From positions 1 through 40,716 of the IMG/VR virus record IMGVR_UViG_3300037692_000441: a stretch of DNA of 40,716 nucleotides; one strand, 5' to 3'. Position numbers and translations under genes: made by a program. This document shows positions 16,496-26,084 of this stretch, piece after piece. The notes under the pieces are model-generated. The model was not told where the DNA came from. It made no database searches and saw only the letters and a program-made list of their open reading frames with translations. The stretch is from a virus (taxonomy: Duplodnaviria; Caudoviricetes). The first letter of the stretch is position 1, and each line of letters opens with the position of its first letter.

Positions 16496-16852
16496 TCAGC
16501 GGACCCCGATGCCTGCGGGGTTTTTCGGATAGCCCGCGGGGGATGTCCACGAAAAAGGGGGCGAGTAGATGCTTTCCGCCCCCCTTGCCGTACGCGCCTT
16601 CATTCGGAGGGTGTGCAATACACCATGTCCATAGGGCTTCGGGATCGGAATGAACGTGTTCGTCGTCGAAGAGAGCGTTACCCCGTCCCACTCCGCGACG
16701 TAGGACACCGGCAGGTCCGCCGCCTCAATCGCCGTGTTGTCCGTGTACTGCGTCACTGGGATCCAGAACATCTCGCAATCGTTCGGGCACGCCGCCATCG
16801 CCGCCCCCGCGATCAACATCATTCCGAGAAGCAGGACGATCACCTTTTTCAT
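16496..16852 (-). CDS. Secreted beta-sandwich (Fn3-like) protein
   Basis: Signal peptide MKK...AMA; W.PVTQYTD...Y...ARTARGAES.YS pattern. Confidence 0.6.
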   Translation of the reverse strand: MKKVIVLLLGMMLIAGAAMAACPNDCEMFWIPVTQYTDNTAIEAADLPVSYVAEWDGVTLSSTTNTFIPIPKPYGHGVLHTLRMKARTARGAESIYSPPFSWTSPAGYPKNPAGIGVR

Positions 16853-16865
16853 CTTCCATCTCCTT

Positions 16866-17381
16866 TCAGGCCTTGAAATGTTCGAGCCGCGCCAGGACCT
16901 CCTTGGCGTACTCCGGGTTGTGACCGACCCCGCCCGGGCCGCCGTTGAAGGCCTCCAGCGCCGGGAACGGCTCCTTGTATCTTTTGAGGTACTTCGCCAG
17001 GTGCCGGCAGCCGTACTCCAACCCCACGGGGGGATCGCAGAGCTGCGAGAGGAACCGGCCCAGGAAGCCGTGTTCCCGAGCGACGGCGCCCATCACCTGC
17101 ATCGGCCCCCAGGACGCCTGCTGCCCCCACCACTCCGCGTCCCGCGGCACGCCCTTGTAGGCGAAGAAATCCGCCGGCGGGATCTCGGAGGCCTGCTCCG
17201 CGGGCGTGAGCTTCCGGAAGGGCCTGGACCTCAGGACGTCCCACAGGTAGCGGTACTTCGGCTCCGGGTTCCACGCCCAGGTGTCGAAGGTCGACTCCTG
17301 CTCGACGATCGCAAGGACGATCGGCCGGGGAACCGCAAAACGGTCGGCAAACGAGATGATCAGGTCGGGTTGCAGGCCCAT
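16866..17381 (-). CDS. Endolysin, SLT-type lytic transglycosylase
   Basis: AIVEQES catalytic Glu, SWGPMQVM and AFNGG motifs. Confidence 0.88.
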   Translation of the reverse strand: MGLQPDLIISFADRFAVPRPIVLAIVEQESTFDTWAWNPEPKYRYLWDVLRSRPFRKLTPAEQASEIPPADFFAYKGVPRDAEWWGQQASWGPMQVMGAVAREHGFLGRFLSQLCDPPVGLEYGCRHLAKYLKRYKEPFPALEAFNGGPGGVGHNPEYAKEVLARLEHFKA

Positions 17382-17395
17382 CGTTCCTCCAAATG

Positions 17396-17416
17396 AAAAC
17401 GGCCCCGAAGGGCCGT
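17396..17416 (-). terminator. Intrinsic terminator (ACGGCCC-TTCG-GGGCCGT-TTT)
   Basis: GC stem, UUCG loop and U tract after the tailspike gene. Confidence 0.75.
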
Positions 17417-17440
17417 AGGTTGAATTTGTACCCGATTACC

Positions 17441-19207
17441 TCAGTTGGTCAGTTGGGAGACTCTTGAATTGTAAGTATTATCCCCGCTGTTGGCCAACAG
17501 AACCTGGAGCGTCACGTTATCCGCCACGCTGTACGTTCTGGCAGGAGGCGATCCCACGGCATTATAGGTGTGCAATACCGACGCCGCCCCATAGGCAAAA
17601 GCCACCACGTCAATGAACCTCCCCGTCTTGGCGTCGTTCCATGCGCTTACTAAAACGAGGCCACCCCCGACCTCTCCGGCCCCCTGACTGTTTTCCAGAA
17701 GGGAGGCAATCGTGTTCTGGGTCGTATTATCCCCGATCAGGCCATTCGTTACTGACGCTCCCTTTAACTGATGCGTTGAATAATAGGAACTCGTCCCTTT
17801 TGATCCAACTTTTCTAAGATTCATCCCGACAGACGAATACATATCGCGCTGATAAGTGTCGTTCCCGCGATAATTAACAGTACTGTCGTCTCCACCACTA
17901 TTTCCAACCCATTCAATGTCATAATTGCTTTGCGGGGTGGGATTTGACACGGTGACAAACGTCGGATGCCCTGCCGTTATAGCGGAGAAAGTATTCCTGT
18001 ACACTTTTAATCTCCACACATTTTCATATTTAATATGACCGCCTCCATGATCAGCCCCAACGAAAGTAGTATCAGACACAAGGAAGTTCGCGAGTGGATC
18101 TCCCGGCAACCCCAACAGGGCAATATCGAAATCCGTGGCATTGTTGTCTGTCATATTGTTTTCAAAATGACAACCGACTACCCTGATTAAACTTAACGCT
18201 ATTGGAGATTGACTACCCGCAGAAACATACAATCCAGAACCTTGGTTGGACTCAAATACGGTATTGTTTACAAATTCTATTCCTGTACCCTGCCGAATAT
18301 ACGCACCGTGCTTTATTGCGACCCTGAACCTGCAATTCGAGAACGTAGTGGACGTAACAAATGTGTTGCTTATTTCCCCCATGTACAAATTATAGTAATT
18401 GGCATCAAAAGTGCAGTTATTAAACTTACTACTGACCATTGCCTCGAGCCTTAATCCATAAGAATCCGTATTGTCGAAATGTGATACGCGAACATAATCC
18501 ACGTTTAAAGAGGAGTACTCTCCGTTAGATCCAATGTACAGTCCACCCACGGGCGATCCCGCTGTAGTGGTAAGCCGGAAATTCCTTAATATCATCCCCT
18601 CGCCCTGAGAGGTGTTCACTCTTGGATTGACAGCTAAGGCAACGTTATCTCCCTGGTAGTCAAGGATGGTTCGCCAGCCTTCACCTTCGAAAATCCCCAA
18701 ACTCGAATAACGCAAACCCGCGCCGTTATATGCATAAGTTCCTATGGAAAAATGGATTGTTCCGTCGATCTCTAAAGCAGCATCAAAGGCCACCTGGATC
18801 GCCGTGGCGTTCGTAGCCGCCGCGCCGCCTCGTAAAGCACCCCACCATTCGGGATACATTTTCCCGACTTGCCCTCCGGCGAAGGAAACCGTGCCAGCCC
18901 CACTGAATGCCTGATACAGGCCAGCATTAAACGGTCCCTTTATCGTCAGCACCTTCCCCGACGACAGCACGAATCCTCCGCCGTTTTTCATGTCCAGGTG
19001 GACGTTCGCCGGAACCGTCGTGTTGTCGGTGACGCCGAGCGAAGTCGTGACGACCAGCGTCCTGCTCGAGGCCCCGATCTGCGTGAGGGCTTGCGAGAGA
19101 GTCTGGAAAGAGGCGGAACTGAGCGGCGCGAACCAGATTTGGTAGACCAGCAGGGCACAGATAGCGGTAAACGCCCCGAAAATCGAGAACAGTTTTTTGT
19201 TTTTCAT
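17441..19207 (-). CDS. Right-handed beta-helix tailspike/depolymerase-like protein with N-terminal signal/anchor sequence
   Basis: YPEWWGA...AIQVAFDA...GTY...GEG pectate-lyase-type start and parallel beta-helix repeats. MKNKK + hydrophobic stretch + SSA. Most of the gene has lower GC. GAGGTG SD before ATG 19207. Confidence 0.8.
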   Translation of the reverse strand: MKNKKLFSIFGAFTAICALLVYQIWFAPLSSASFQTLSQALTQIGASSRTLVVTTSLGVTDNTTVPANVHLDMKNGGGFVLSSGKVLTIKGPFNAGLYQAFSGAGTVSFAGGQVGKMYPEWWGALRGGAAATNATAIQVAFDAALEIDGTIHFSIGTYAYNGAGLRYSSLGIFEGEGWRTILDYQGDNVALAVNPRVNTSQGEGMILRNFRLTTTAGSPVGGLYIGSNGEYSSLNVDYVRVSHFDNTDSYGLRLEAMVSSKFNNCTFDANYYNLYMGEISNTFVTSTTFSNCRFRVAIKHGAYIRQGTGIEFVNNTVFESNQGSGLYVSAGSQSPIALSLIRVVGCHFENNMTDNNATDFDIALLGLPGDPLANFLVSDTTFVGADHGGGHIKYENVWRLKVYRNTFSAITAGHPTFVTVSNPTPQSNYDIEWVGNSGGDDSTVNYRGNDTYQRDMYSSVGMNLRKVGSKGTSSYYSTHQLKGASVTNGLIGDNTTQNTIASLLENSQGAGEVGGGLVLVSAWNDAKTGRFIDVVAFAYGAASVLHTYNAVGSPPARTYSVADNVTLQVLLANSGDNTYNSRVSQLTN

Positions 19208-19215
19208 ATCACACC

Positions 19216-19815
19216 TCACAGAGTGATCTGGCCGAACGCTGCCCACTGGCCAGGCGTTCCGGCATCAACACAGGCCCACCCGACCGGCCCCCCGATCTCG
19301 GGGGCGGTATTGAATCTTATGAATCCAAGCGCCCATGTCCCATCACTCGGAGGTCCTGTCCCCGTGTCGAACGGCATGGCGGCGCCGAGCGCCAAGGACG
19401 CGACCGCCTCGATTCCGGAGCCGTCCGCCTTGATCCGGAGGTAGTAGCCGGCAGGCGACAATGGGATCGTCAACCCAGGGAACTCCTGAAGAATCAGCGT
19501 GAGCTTGTCGGCCATTGCCTCGAGGGTTTCTTCATAGAACTGCTGCCCCGCGTTGAGATCGACCGCCTGGGTGCGCGCCGTTTCTCTTCGAAGCATGATC
19601 GTATTCCCCGCCGTGCGGCCCGAAACGAACGTCACGTTTCCACCGCCATCGCTCCCCGCGCCCGACACCGTGTAGTCGACGCCCAAGGCCAGCAACGTCC
19701 CATCGTCGTAAACCCGGAGATCCGCCGCAGCCAGGATCCGGAATGGGTACGGGAACACCGTCTGCAGTGCGGAGGCGATATAGACCTTGTAGAAAACGAG
19801 GGTCGAGACGGTCAT
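19216..19815 (-). CDS. Short tail-fibre adaptor (T7 gp17-like N-terminal anchor + GTPGxW C-terminal module)
   Basis: FPYPFRI....DLRVY...DYTV.G.G...GG.VTF...RRET...DKLTLILQE anchor; C-terminal PPSDGTW...GWACVDAGTPGQW. Confidence 0.8.
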   Translation of the reverse strand: MTVSTLVFYKVYIASALQTVFPYPFRILAAADLRVYDDGTLLALGVDYTVSGAGSDGGGNVTFVSGRTAGNTIMLRRETARTQAVDLNAGQQFYEETLEAMADKLTLILQEFPGLTIPLSPAGYYLRIKADGSGIEAVASLALGAAMPFDTGTGPPSDGTWALGFIRFNTAPEIGGPVGWACVDAGTPGQWAAFGQITL

Positions 19816-19824
19816 GGCCTGCTC

Positions 19825-21012
19825 CTATCGGGTGATATTCTGCATTTCCGCGTCGGTGAAGGCGCGGTTCCAGATGCGGAGGTCTTTGATGTGGCCGAAC
19901 AGATAGGCATGAGTGCTTCCGCCGACCTGGACGGATGCCTCAAAAGCAAAATCCCCGTTAAACGTTTTGCCGGACTGGACCGCCCCATCCAACGCCAGGG
20001 CCGCACCGACATCATCGGTATACGCGATGGCTGCTCTGTAGGTGGTTCCGTTCGCCATAGTCACACCTTCAAAATATTGCCCGTTGGCCCCCTCTCGATA
20101 GCGGAGCCTCTTCGAGCCGTCGTGGATGCAAAACGAGTTAAAGTCCGCCGGGTTGCCGACAAGGGTTATTTCATCCAGCGGCGGGAATCCGTTCGGGGTG
20201 ACGACAAGGGAAATAGATCCAAGAGTGCTCGATAGGTTCCCCGCCGTGGAGAACGTTAATATGTCGTCGTTCCTCGTCACCGCACCCGTAACAGTGGGGA
20301 TGTGGGAGGAGGGGAAGGCCCCCGCCTCCATCTGTCCGCCCCAAGCGTACACGTTGTCGCCACTCGTCACGATCCGGACGCCGGGGGTGTACGCCGCCAC
20401 GGTGAGGGTCGCCGTAACAGCGCATCGCGTCCACGTCGAAGCGTTGATCGCACAGGTCGCCCATGTCGTGCTGTCGGCGCGAACGTCCACGTCGCCGGTG
20501 CCGTCTTTCCTCTTCAGGTATACGGAGAAGGTGTACGGAACTGCGGTCCCCGTGACAGTTTGCAGAAGCGTGGAGTTGGCGTCAGTCGCCTCCAACAAGT
20601 CGGCGGTCGAGTTCCCGTCCGGCGCGACGGCATTGTCGTCGACGATCGTGATGGTCGTGGGTGCCCAGGTGGTCTTGAAGACCTCGCTTTGGAGCGCGAT
20701 ATTCGTCCTCGCCCCCTCGATCAGCGCCCCTTGGGTCTCGATGCGCAGTTGGTTCGCAGAGGCAACCGTCACCAGCCCCGTCCCCGGGTGGACGTACGTC
20801 GCCGTGTGCGTGGCGTCGTGCGCGCGGGTGAAGGTGAAGGCGCCGGTGCCGCGGAGAAGGCGCAGGGGAGACCTCGGGTCATCAAAGGGAGCCCAAAACT
20901 TGAGGTCGTAGTGCCACCACGGCGTGGCCTGATGGACCGGAGGCCCGGCCGCCGCCGGGACAGCCAGCAGGAACGCCGCCAGCAGGAGGAGGATGACGCC
21001 TGCGCGTCTCAT
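19825..21012 (-). CDS. Head-spike/fibre-like protein with LamG/concanavalin-like C-terminus and signal peptide
   Basis: FTRA..ATY...GALIEGARTN...WGGQMEAGAFPSSHIPT...TRNDD fibre motifs; GHIKDLRIWNRAFTDAEM LamG-type end; MRR-hydrophobic-AAA signal. Confidence 0.72.
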   Translation of the reverse strand: MRRAGVILLLLAAFLLAVPAAAGPPVHQATPWWHYDLKFWAPFDDPRSPLRLLRGTGAFTFTRAHDATHTATYVHPGTGLVTVASANQLRIETQGALIEGARTNIALQSEVFKTTWAPTTITIVDDNAVAPDGNSTADLLEATDANSTLLQTVTGTAVPYTFSVYLKRKDGTGDVDVRADSTTWATCAINASTWTRCAVTATLTVAAYTPGVRIVTSGDNVYAWGGQMEAGAFPSSHIPTVTGAVTRNDDILTFSTAGNLSSTLGSISLVVTPNGFPPLDEITLVGNPADFNSFCIHDGSKRLRYREGANGQYFEGVTMANGTTYRAAIAYTDDVGAALALDGAVQSGKTFNGDFAFEASVQVGGSTHAYLFGHIKDLRIWNRAFTDAEMQNITR

Positions 21013-21338
21013 CACCGGGTCTCCAGCACCTTGAACGTCCGGTCGGCGCTCTGGTTCGCCGAGGAGACGAACCGCATCGGCAGCCCGCCGAAGCAGGAGA
21101 GGCTGTCGATCCACATCGTAAACCCGCCGGTGGTCGCTGCGATCGACCAGGCCGAGCCGTCAGGCCGGTACAGCGGAACCCAGTTCGTGCCGTCGTCGAA
21201 ACTCATCTGGAGGGTCAGGCTCGTCACGTCGAGCGTCGGCACGACGATGCCGATAAGGTTCCTCCCCTCCGTCAGCCGGTGCTTCGCGGAATTGTTGTCG
21301 TCGGTGGCGATCGTGATCACGACGTCGGAGACTCGCAT
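21012..21338 (-). CDS. Small beta-rich virion (spike-base-like) protein; paralog of 30449-30874
   Basis: PT...LTLQMSFDDGT...QSADRTF; AGGAGG SD. Confidence 0.6.
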   Translation of the reverse strand: MRVSDVVITIATDDNNSAKHRLTEGRNLIGIVVPTLDVTSLTLQMSFDDGTNWVPLYRPDGSAWSIAATTGGFTMWIDSLSCFGGLPMRFVSSANQSADRTFKVLETR

Positions 21339-21363
21339 GGTGCCCTCCTTGTGGGCGGAAATG

Positions 21364-21383
21364 AAAAAGCCCCTCGAGGGGGC
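21364..21383 (-). terminator. Intrinsic terminator after the ejection-protein genes
   Basis: GCCCCCTCGAGGGGC followed by TTTTT. Confidence 0.7.
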
Positions 21384-21413
21384 CTGCGTGATGCGATCAA
21401 TGCGCGGGCGCGG

Positions 21414-24400
21414 CTACTGCCCGATGTTCAACCCCTTGAGCAGGGCGTCGGACGGGGGCGCCGCCTTCCCTGTCTGTCCCGTCTCTCCGAACTGCTCCTT
21501 GCTCTTCTCCTTGCCCGCCCGGACCTTCTGGAGTCGGTCGCTGTTCTCCGCCACCCACTGCTGCGCGAGCGCGCGGTACTGGTAGATCACCTTCTTCACG
21601 TACGCCTGCTTCGTCCCCATCGGCGCGTTCGGATCTTCGGGAAGCTCCTTGTACTCCGGCGCCTTCATCGCCGCCTTGAGGAAATCGTATGCGCCGACGT
21701 TGCCGAACTCCCCGTCCTCTTTCAGCCCATTTCCGGCGAGCTTCACCAGGAGCGTGTACTCCTTCGGCTTGAGCTCCACGCCATGCCAGGGGGAATCCTT
21801 CTCTCCAACTCCGAACAGCCCGGAGCCGCCCGGCGGCCGCCCCATGACGAACCGGGAGGGCATCGAGACCGCCATCCCGAGCCGGTTCATCTCGTCGAGT
21901 ACGGGGTCCTTCTTCGCCTCGGAGACGCGCATCGGGGAGGCGATGTCCGGTCCCAGGCGCCCCGGGCGGAGCTGCTCGCGACCGAAGATGTCGAGTCGCG
22001 CCTCCAGCTTGTCGGAGAGCCCCGGGATCCGGGCCATGATCGCGTCGACCGAGCCCCGTACATAGCGGATCTTCGGATCGACGTACGCCTGATTCGTCTG
22101 GTTTACGAGGGCCGGTACGATGGATCCGGCGAGCTGGCTGATCACCCTTCCGCCGGCACGGTCCGGATCGTTGATCGCCTCCATCCACGATCCGACCCCG
22201 GCGAGGTACGATTTCATCGAGAAGACCTGGTATCCGGCCAACGCCGAGGCCACCGCCAGGTCCTCGATGTCCTTCCCTTCCACCTCGCCCTGGTTGAACT
22301 CGTTGATGAGCGCGATGTCCGCGGCGATCCCCATGAGGGTCCCGATCGGCTCTAACCGCGACATGTCGTAATATTTCCCGCCGATGTTCAGGGAGTACGG
22401 CTGCCATCCGTCCTGGAACCAGAGCTGCCGCTGCGACCGGTTCTTCGGGCCGGAGCCGGTCATCAAGCCCGCCTGCGAGAGCACGGCCGCTGCACCCATG
22501 ATGAGAGAGCCGTTGACGAGCTTCGCCGTGGCGAGCTGCCCCGTGGCCCCGCCCCGGGCGATGTCCGCACGGACGTTCTCGGAGAGCAGCCCGAGCGGCG
22601 TACGCTCCCCAACGAACTTCATGATGTTCGTGGGCGTCCGGAAGAAGGGCAGGAAGACCTTGATCATCGGATGCGAGTTCAGGAACCGCTGCGCGGCCTG
22701 TCCCGTAGCCCCCAGCTCCTTCGTGAAGGTGGCGTAATCGGCGAACTCCGAGGCGGAGAGAACCATTTCCTCGGTGGGGCTGTCAACGAGCTCCGCAACG
22801 CGATCGCCGAACGACTTCCCGCGCAGCCCTTCCGTCGACGCCTTCCGGTACGCCTGCGCGTGGAGTTCCATCCGCTGCGCCATCCCCTTAAACAGGGCAT
22901 CCTCCGCGCCGAGGAACACCCCCGGGAGGCGGATTGCGTTCCCGAGGAAGTCCACGCCGGTTCCCAATGGGCCGGAGAGGCCGAGATTCTCCGCTGTGAT
23001 CGCCTTCCTCATCGGCTGCTGGTTCTTCGTCAGGAGGTACTCGTACTTGTCGCTGGCGAACTGGCTCTGGCCTTCCCGCAGCGTCTTCGCCGCCAGGCGG
23101 AGGCCGTCCACAATGCCCAGCACCGAGCCTTGGAGCATCGCCCCTGCCTCGCCCAGAGCCACCCCGGGTTCCTTTCCCCACGCCGGGAGGAAGGAGGCCA
23201 TCTGCCGCTCCTCGATCAGGACGGCGGCCACGGCCAGGTTGCCGGTCATGTTCGCGGCGTGGGTCTGAGGGCCAGACAGAAGCCCGTTGATCCACGCCTC
23301 GAGGAACATCTGCGGTTTCGTCGCCCGCTGCAGGGAACGCGCGAAGACCGCGAGCTGCTCGGGGGTCTCCAGCCCGAGGATCGCCTCGTTGATCGTGGCG
23401 TCGTCGACGCCCTTCTTCTTCAGCCGGGCGAGGTTCTCCGCGAACTTCGACAGCCCGGCCGCCTGGTAGTCGCCGACCTCGGTCATGATGCGGTGGGAGC
23501 CCAAGCCCCGCGCGATCGCGGCGGTGGTCGACTCCTTCTTCTCCTGGATCCGGGCGGCCAGCGCGAGCGCTGCGTCCCGGGTGCCGATGGCCTCCGCGTC
23601 CCCTTCAGACACCTTCTTCGCCTGGTCGAGGACGAACTGGCCGACCGCCCCGTGGAGCAGCCGAGTTCGGGTGATGTCCACGTCCGTCATCGGCTTGTTG
23701 TCCGGGTGACGGAGCAACTCCGGGACGGTCATCGGGTTCGCCTTCGCCTCCTCGTAGACCTTCTCCAACGTGCGGGGAGCGCCGATCGTCTCCTCGATCC
23801 GCTTCCCGTAGAGCGCGTCGACGCCGGCCATGACCTGCTTGACCGTGTCGGGGATCTCCAGCCGGTCGTAATTGATCCGCCCGGGCTTCCCCTCGATGTC
23901 GAGAGACCCGCTGGAGATGGCCGACTCGAGCTTCCCCCACTCGGCGGGCTTCACGTCGCGCTTACCTGGGATTTCAATCGAACCCCGCTCGTTCACGAGC
24001 TGCTCGGGGAGGCGCGCGCGGAGGTTCTCCGTGTACGCGGAGAGCCCTTCCTTGATCCCGAGTGCATCCACCGATCCCTTGACCAGCTTCCCCTCCTTCA
24101 CCCCCGCGTGGATCGCCTTCCCGACGCCCATCATAGCCGCCAGCCCGGCCGCCTTCGCCAAGAGGGGATCGCCGGTCTTTTCCTTCACGTACTCTTCCGC
24201 AGTCTGCGCCGCCCAGGTGAAGGGAATGAACGGGATCCCGAGTGCCTGCTCCCACTGCTGGGAGTCTTCCGTGGGGGCGCCGGCGGCCGCTGTCTTCACG
24301 GTCTCGAAGGTCTGGTCGATATGCTGCTGGAGCTCCTCCTGCACAGCGGGATCCGTGTTTCCCTCGTTCCCTCCGGAGGCCGAGACTCCCTCCATCGACA

Positions 24401-24716
24401 CATCACGTCCAGCGGAGGCCGCGGCGAGCTCTCCAGCCGCCCGGGCCGGAAAGCCGAACAGCTCGATTGCCGACCGCACTGCTCCCTTGATCATGTCGGG
24501 GACGGCCTGCTCGTTCCCGGCCTCTCCGGCGATGTTCCCGGCGGGCTTGGCTCCCTTCACGCCGCGGACGTCCACGGCAGCGGAGGGCTTCCCGGGCGTG
24601 AGGTACGGATTCGGCGCCTGATCGGCCGCCGTGATCATCTGCGGAGAATCCCCGTTGACGCCCTGGGTGTACTCGCTCTTCCAGCGGTCCAGGTACTGCG
24701 CGGAGAGGTCGCTCAT
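21414..24716 (-). CDS. Large internal virion/ejection protein (gp16-like)
   Basis: 1100 aa, helical; NGLLSGPQTH..N, PFFRTPTNI and GWQPYS motifs; last of three genes after tail tube B. Confidence 0.75.
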   Translation of the reverse strand: MSDLSAQYLDRWKSEYTQGVNGDSPQMITAADQAPNPYLTPGKPSAAVDVRGVKGAKPAGNIAGEAGNEQAVPDMIKGAVRSAIELFGFPARAAGELAAASAGRDVSMEGVSASGGNEGNTDPAVQEELQQHIDQTFETVKTAAAGAPTEDSQQWEQALGIPFIPFTWAAQTAEEYVKEKTGDPLLAKAAGLAAMMGVGKAIHAGVKEGKLVKGSVDALGIKEGLSAYTENLRARLPEQLVNERGSIEIPGKRDVKPAEWGKLESAISSGSLDIEGKPGRINYDRLEIPDTVKQVMAGVDALYGKRIEETIGAPRTLEKVYEEAKANPMTVPELLRHPDNKPMTDVDITRTRLLHGAVGQFVLDQAKKVSEGDAEAIGTRDAALALAARIQEKKESTTAAIARGLGSHRIMTEVGDYQAAGLSKFAENLARLKKKGVDDATINEAILGLETPEQLAVFARSLQRATKPQMFLEAWINGLLSGPQTHAANMTGNLAVAAVLIEERQMASFLPAWGKEPGVALGEAGAMLQGSVLGIVDGLRLAAKTLREGQSQFASDKYEYLLTKNQQPMRKAITAENLGLSGPLGTGVDFLGNAIRLPGVFLGAEDALFKGMAQRMELHAQAYRKASTEGLRGKSFGDRVAELVDSPTEEMVLSASEFADYATFTKELGATGQAAQRFLNSHPMIKVFLPFFRTPTNIMKFVGERTPLGLLSENVRADIARGGATGQLATAKLVNGSLIMGAAAVLSQAGLMTGSGPKNRSQRQLWFQDGWQPYSLNIGGKYYDMSRLEPIGTLMGIAADIALINEFNQGEVEGKDIEDLAVASALAGYQVFSMKSYLAGVGSWMEAINDPDRAGGRVISQLAGSIVPALVNQTNQAYVDPKIRYVRGSVDAIMARIPGLSDKLEARLDIFGREQLRPGRLGPDIASPMRVSEAKKDPVLDEMNRLGMAVSMPSRFVMGRPPGGSGLFGVGEKDSPWHGVELKPKEYTLLVKLAGNGLKEDGEFGNVGAYDFLKAAMKAPEYKELPEDPNAPMGTKQAYVKKVIYQYRALAQQWVAENSDRLQKVRAGKEKSKEQFGETGQTGKAAPPSDALLKGLNIGQ

Positions 24717-26083
24717 TTGCCCGCCTCATTGAGCAGCTTTTTCAAGTCTTCCGTTCCTGTCCCCTGTGGGTTCCTCACCGTCTTCCACCGGTTGGAGATG
24801 TCGGAAGCAATCTCGAACCACTTCTCGGGGGTCTTCTTGACGCGGGAGATGTACTCCTGCTCATCGGCGATCAGCTTCACGCGGATCTTGTCGGTCATGG
24901 TGTTCATGAACCCGCGGGGTACCGCCGTCCGGATGATCTCCATTCCCGTCGCCGCCCCCGGGGGCAGCTTCTGGAGGTCGTCGACTCGCGCGCGCTTGTA
25001 CTCGAGGATGTCGAGGACATCTGCGGGGTTGAGGCCCTTCTCTCCGAGAGAGGTGATCTCCTTGTCGGAATACCGGCCAGGGTTGAGGTTGATCTCCATC
25101 TTGTACGTGTTCACGATCGCAGGATTCCGGGGACCGCCTTCCCGTGATCGCGCAGCCACCTTGAGCCTCCCTTCCTTGTATCCAGCCGGGGAGATGATCG
25201 GGGTGAAGTTCGGGTCCCGCGTGGGGCCGAGGAAGGCATCGTCCAGCTGAGCGCCCGTGACGGCCCCGGCGTCGATGCCTGCAAGGAAGACGGCATCGTT
25301 TTTCTCCTGTGATTTCTTCACCTGGTGTTCCGCAACCCGCTCGTTGTGCTCCATCTGGCGGATGGCCGCCTGGTCCAGCAGGTCGACCTTTCCGATGCCG
25401 ATCCCGGCGTACGCCCCGGCCTGCTTCTTCTGGTAGTAGATGGCGGGGTTGTTCAGGATGTCCCGCTTCGCGAACCCCACCTGGACGCCCTCGAGGAAAT
25501 CGTTCTCGCTCTTGGCGCCCTCCTCCGCGGAGATGATGCCGCCCGTTACGGCAGACCGGATCGTGCCGATGCCGAGTCCGATCAGCGCGGAGGGGTCGTC
25601 CACCTTGGCCGCGCCCTCCATGGCCCCGGTGACCACGTTGGTCAGGTTCGCCTTCGAGGAGTCCACGAACAACTGGCGCTGGCGCTGCCGGGCGTGCAGG
25701 TAGCCGCTTGCCTCGATGTCCGCAAGTTGCGACGTCACCGACTTCTTGACAACGGGGTCGTTGATCCCGTCGAGGGTCTCCTGCTTGATCTTCCCGAACC
25801 CCTTGAGCCAGTTCCCTTCGTGCGTCTGCCAGTCCGGCTTTTCCTCGAGGGCGGCGTTCAGGTCGGTCACACGCTTGTGGGTGTCCAGCGTCAGCGCGGA
25901 GACATCCTGCACGCGCTGGAGTTCGTCCGCCTGAGCGCGGAACACCTGGTCGTAATCCATCGCCTCCTTGGCGAGGATCCCGAGCCCGCGAGCGGCGTCT
26001 CCGCCGAAATCCTCCGGGGTAGCCCTAGGGATGCCCGAGGAGGAGGGAGCGTCGAGCTGGGAGATGTATTCGCCGAGTTCCAT
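24713..26083 (-). CDS. Internal virion/ejection protein (gp15-like)
   Basis: Synteny and helical composition. Confidence 0.65.
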   Translation of the reverse strand: MELGEYISQLDAPSSSGIPRATPEDFGGDAARGLGILAKEAMDYDQVFRAQADELQRVQDVSALTLDTHKRVTDLNAALEEKPDWQTHEGNWLKGFGKIKQETLDGINDPVVKKSVTSQLADIEASGYLHARQRQRQLFVDSSKANLTNVVTGAMEGAAKVDDPSALIGLGIGTIRSAVTGGIISAEEGAKSENDFLEGVQVGFAKRDILNNPAIYYQKKQAGAYAGIGIGKVDLLDQAAIRQMEHNERVAEHQVKKSQEKNDAVFLAGIDAGAVTGAQLDDAFLGPTRDPNFTPIISPAGYKEGRLKVAARSREGGPRNPAIVNTYKMEINLNPGRYSDKEITSLGEKGLNPADVLDILEYKRARVDDLQKLPPGAATGMEIIRTAVPRGFMNTMTDKIRVKLIADEQEYISRVKKTPEKWFEIASDISNRWKTVRNPQGTGTEDLKKLLNEAGK

Positions 26084-26084
26084 C

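Noticed and set aside
17441-21338. Diversity-generating retroelement, as in BPP-1-like phages
   Set aside because: No reverse transcriptase ORF and no TR/VR repeat pair seen.
22671-25250. 859-aa plus-strand ORF and other long antisense ORFs (e.g. 1071-2165, 8170-9384, 15572-16876, 38568-40109)
   Set aside because: Shadow ORFs of high-GC coding sequence, opposite well-supported genes, with no motifs.
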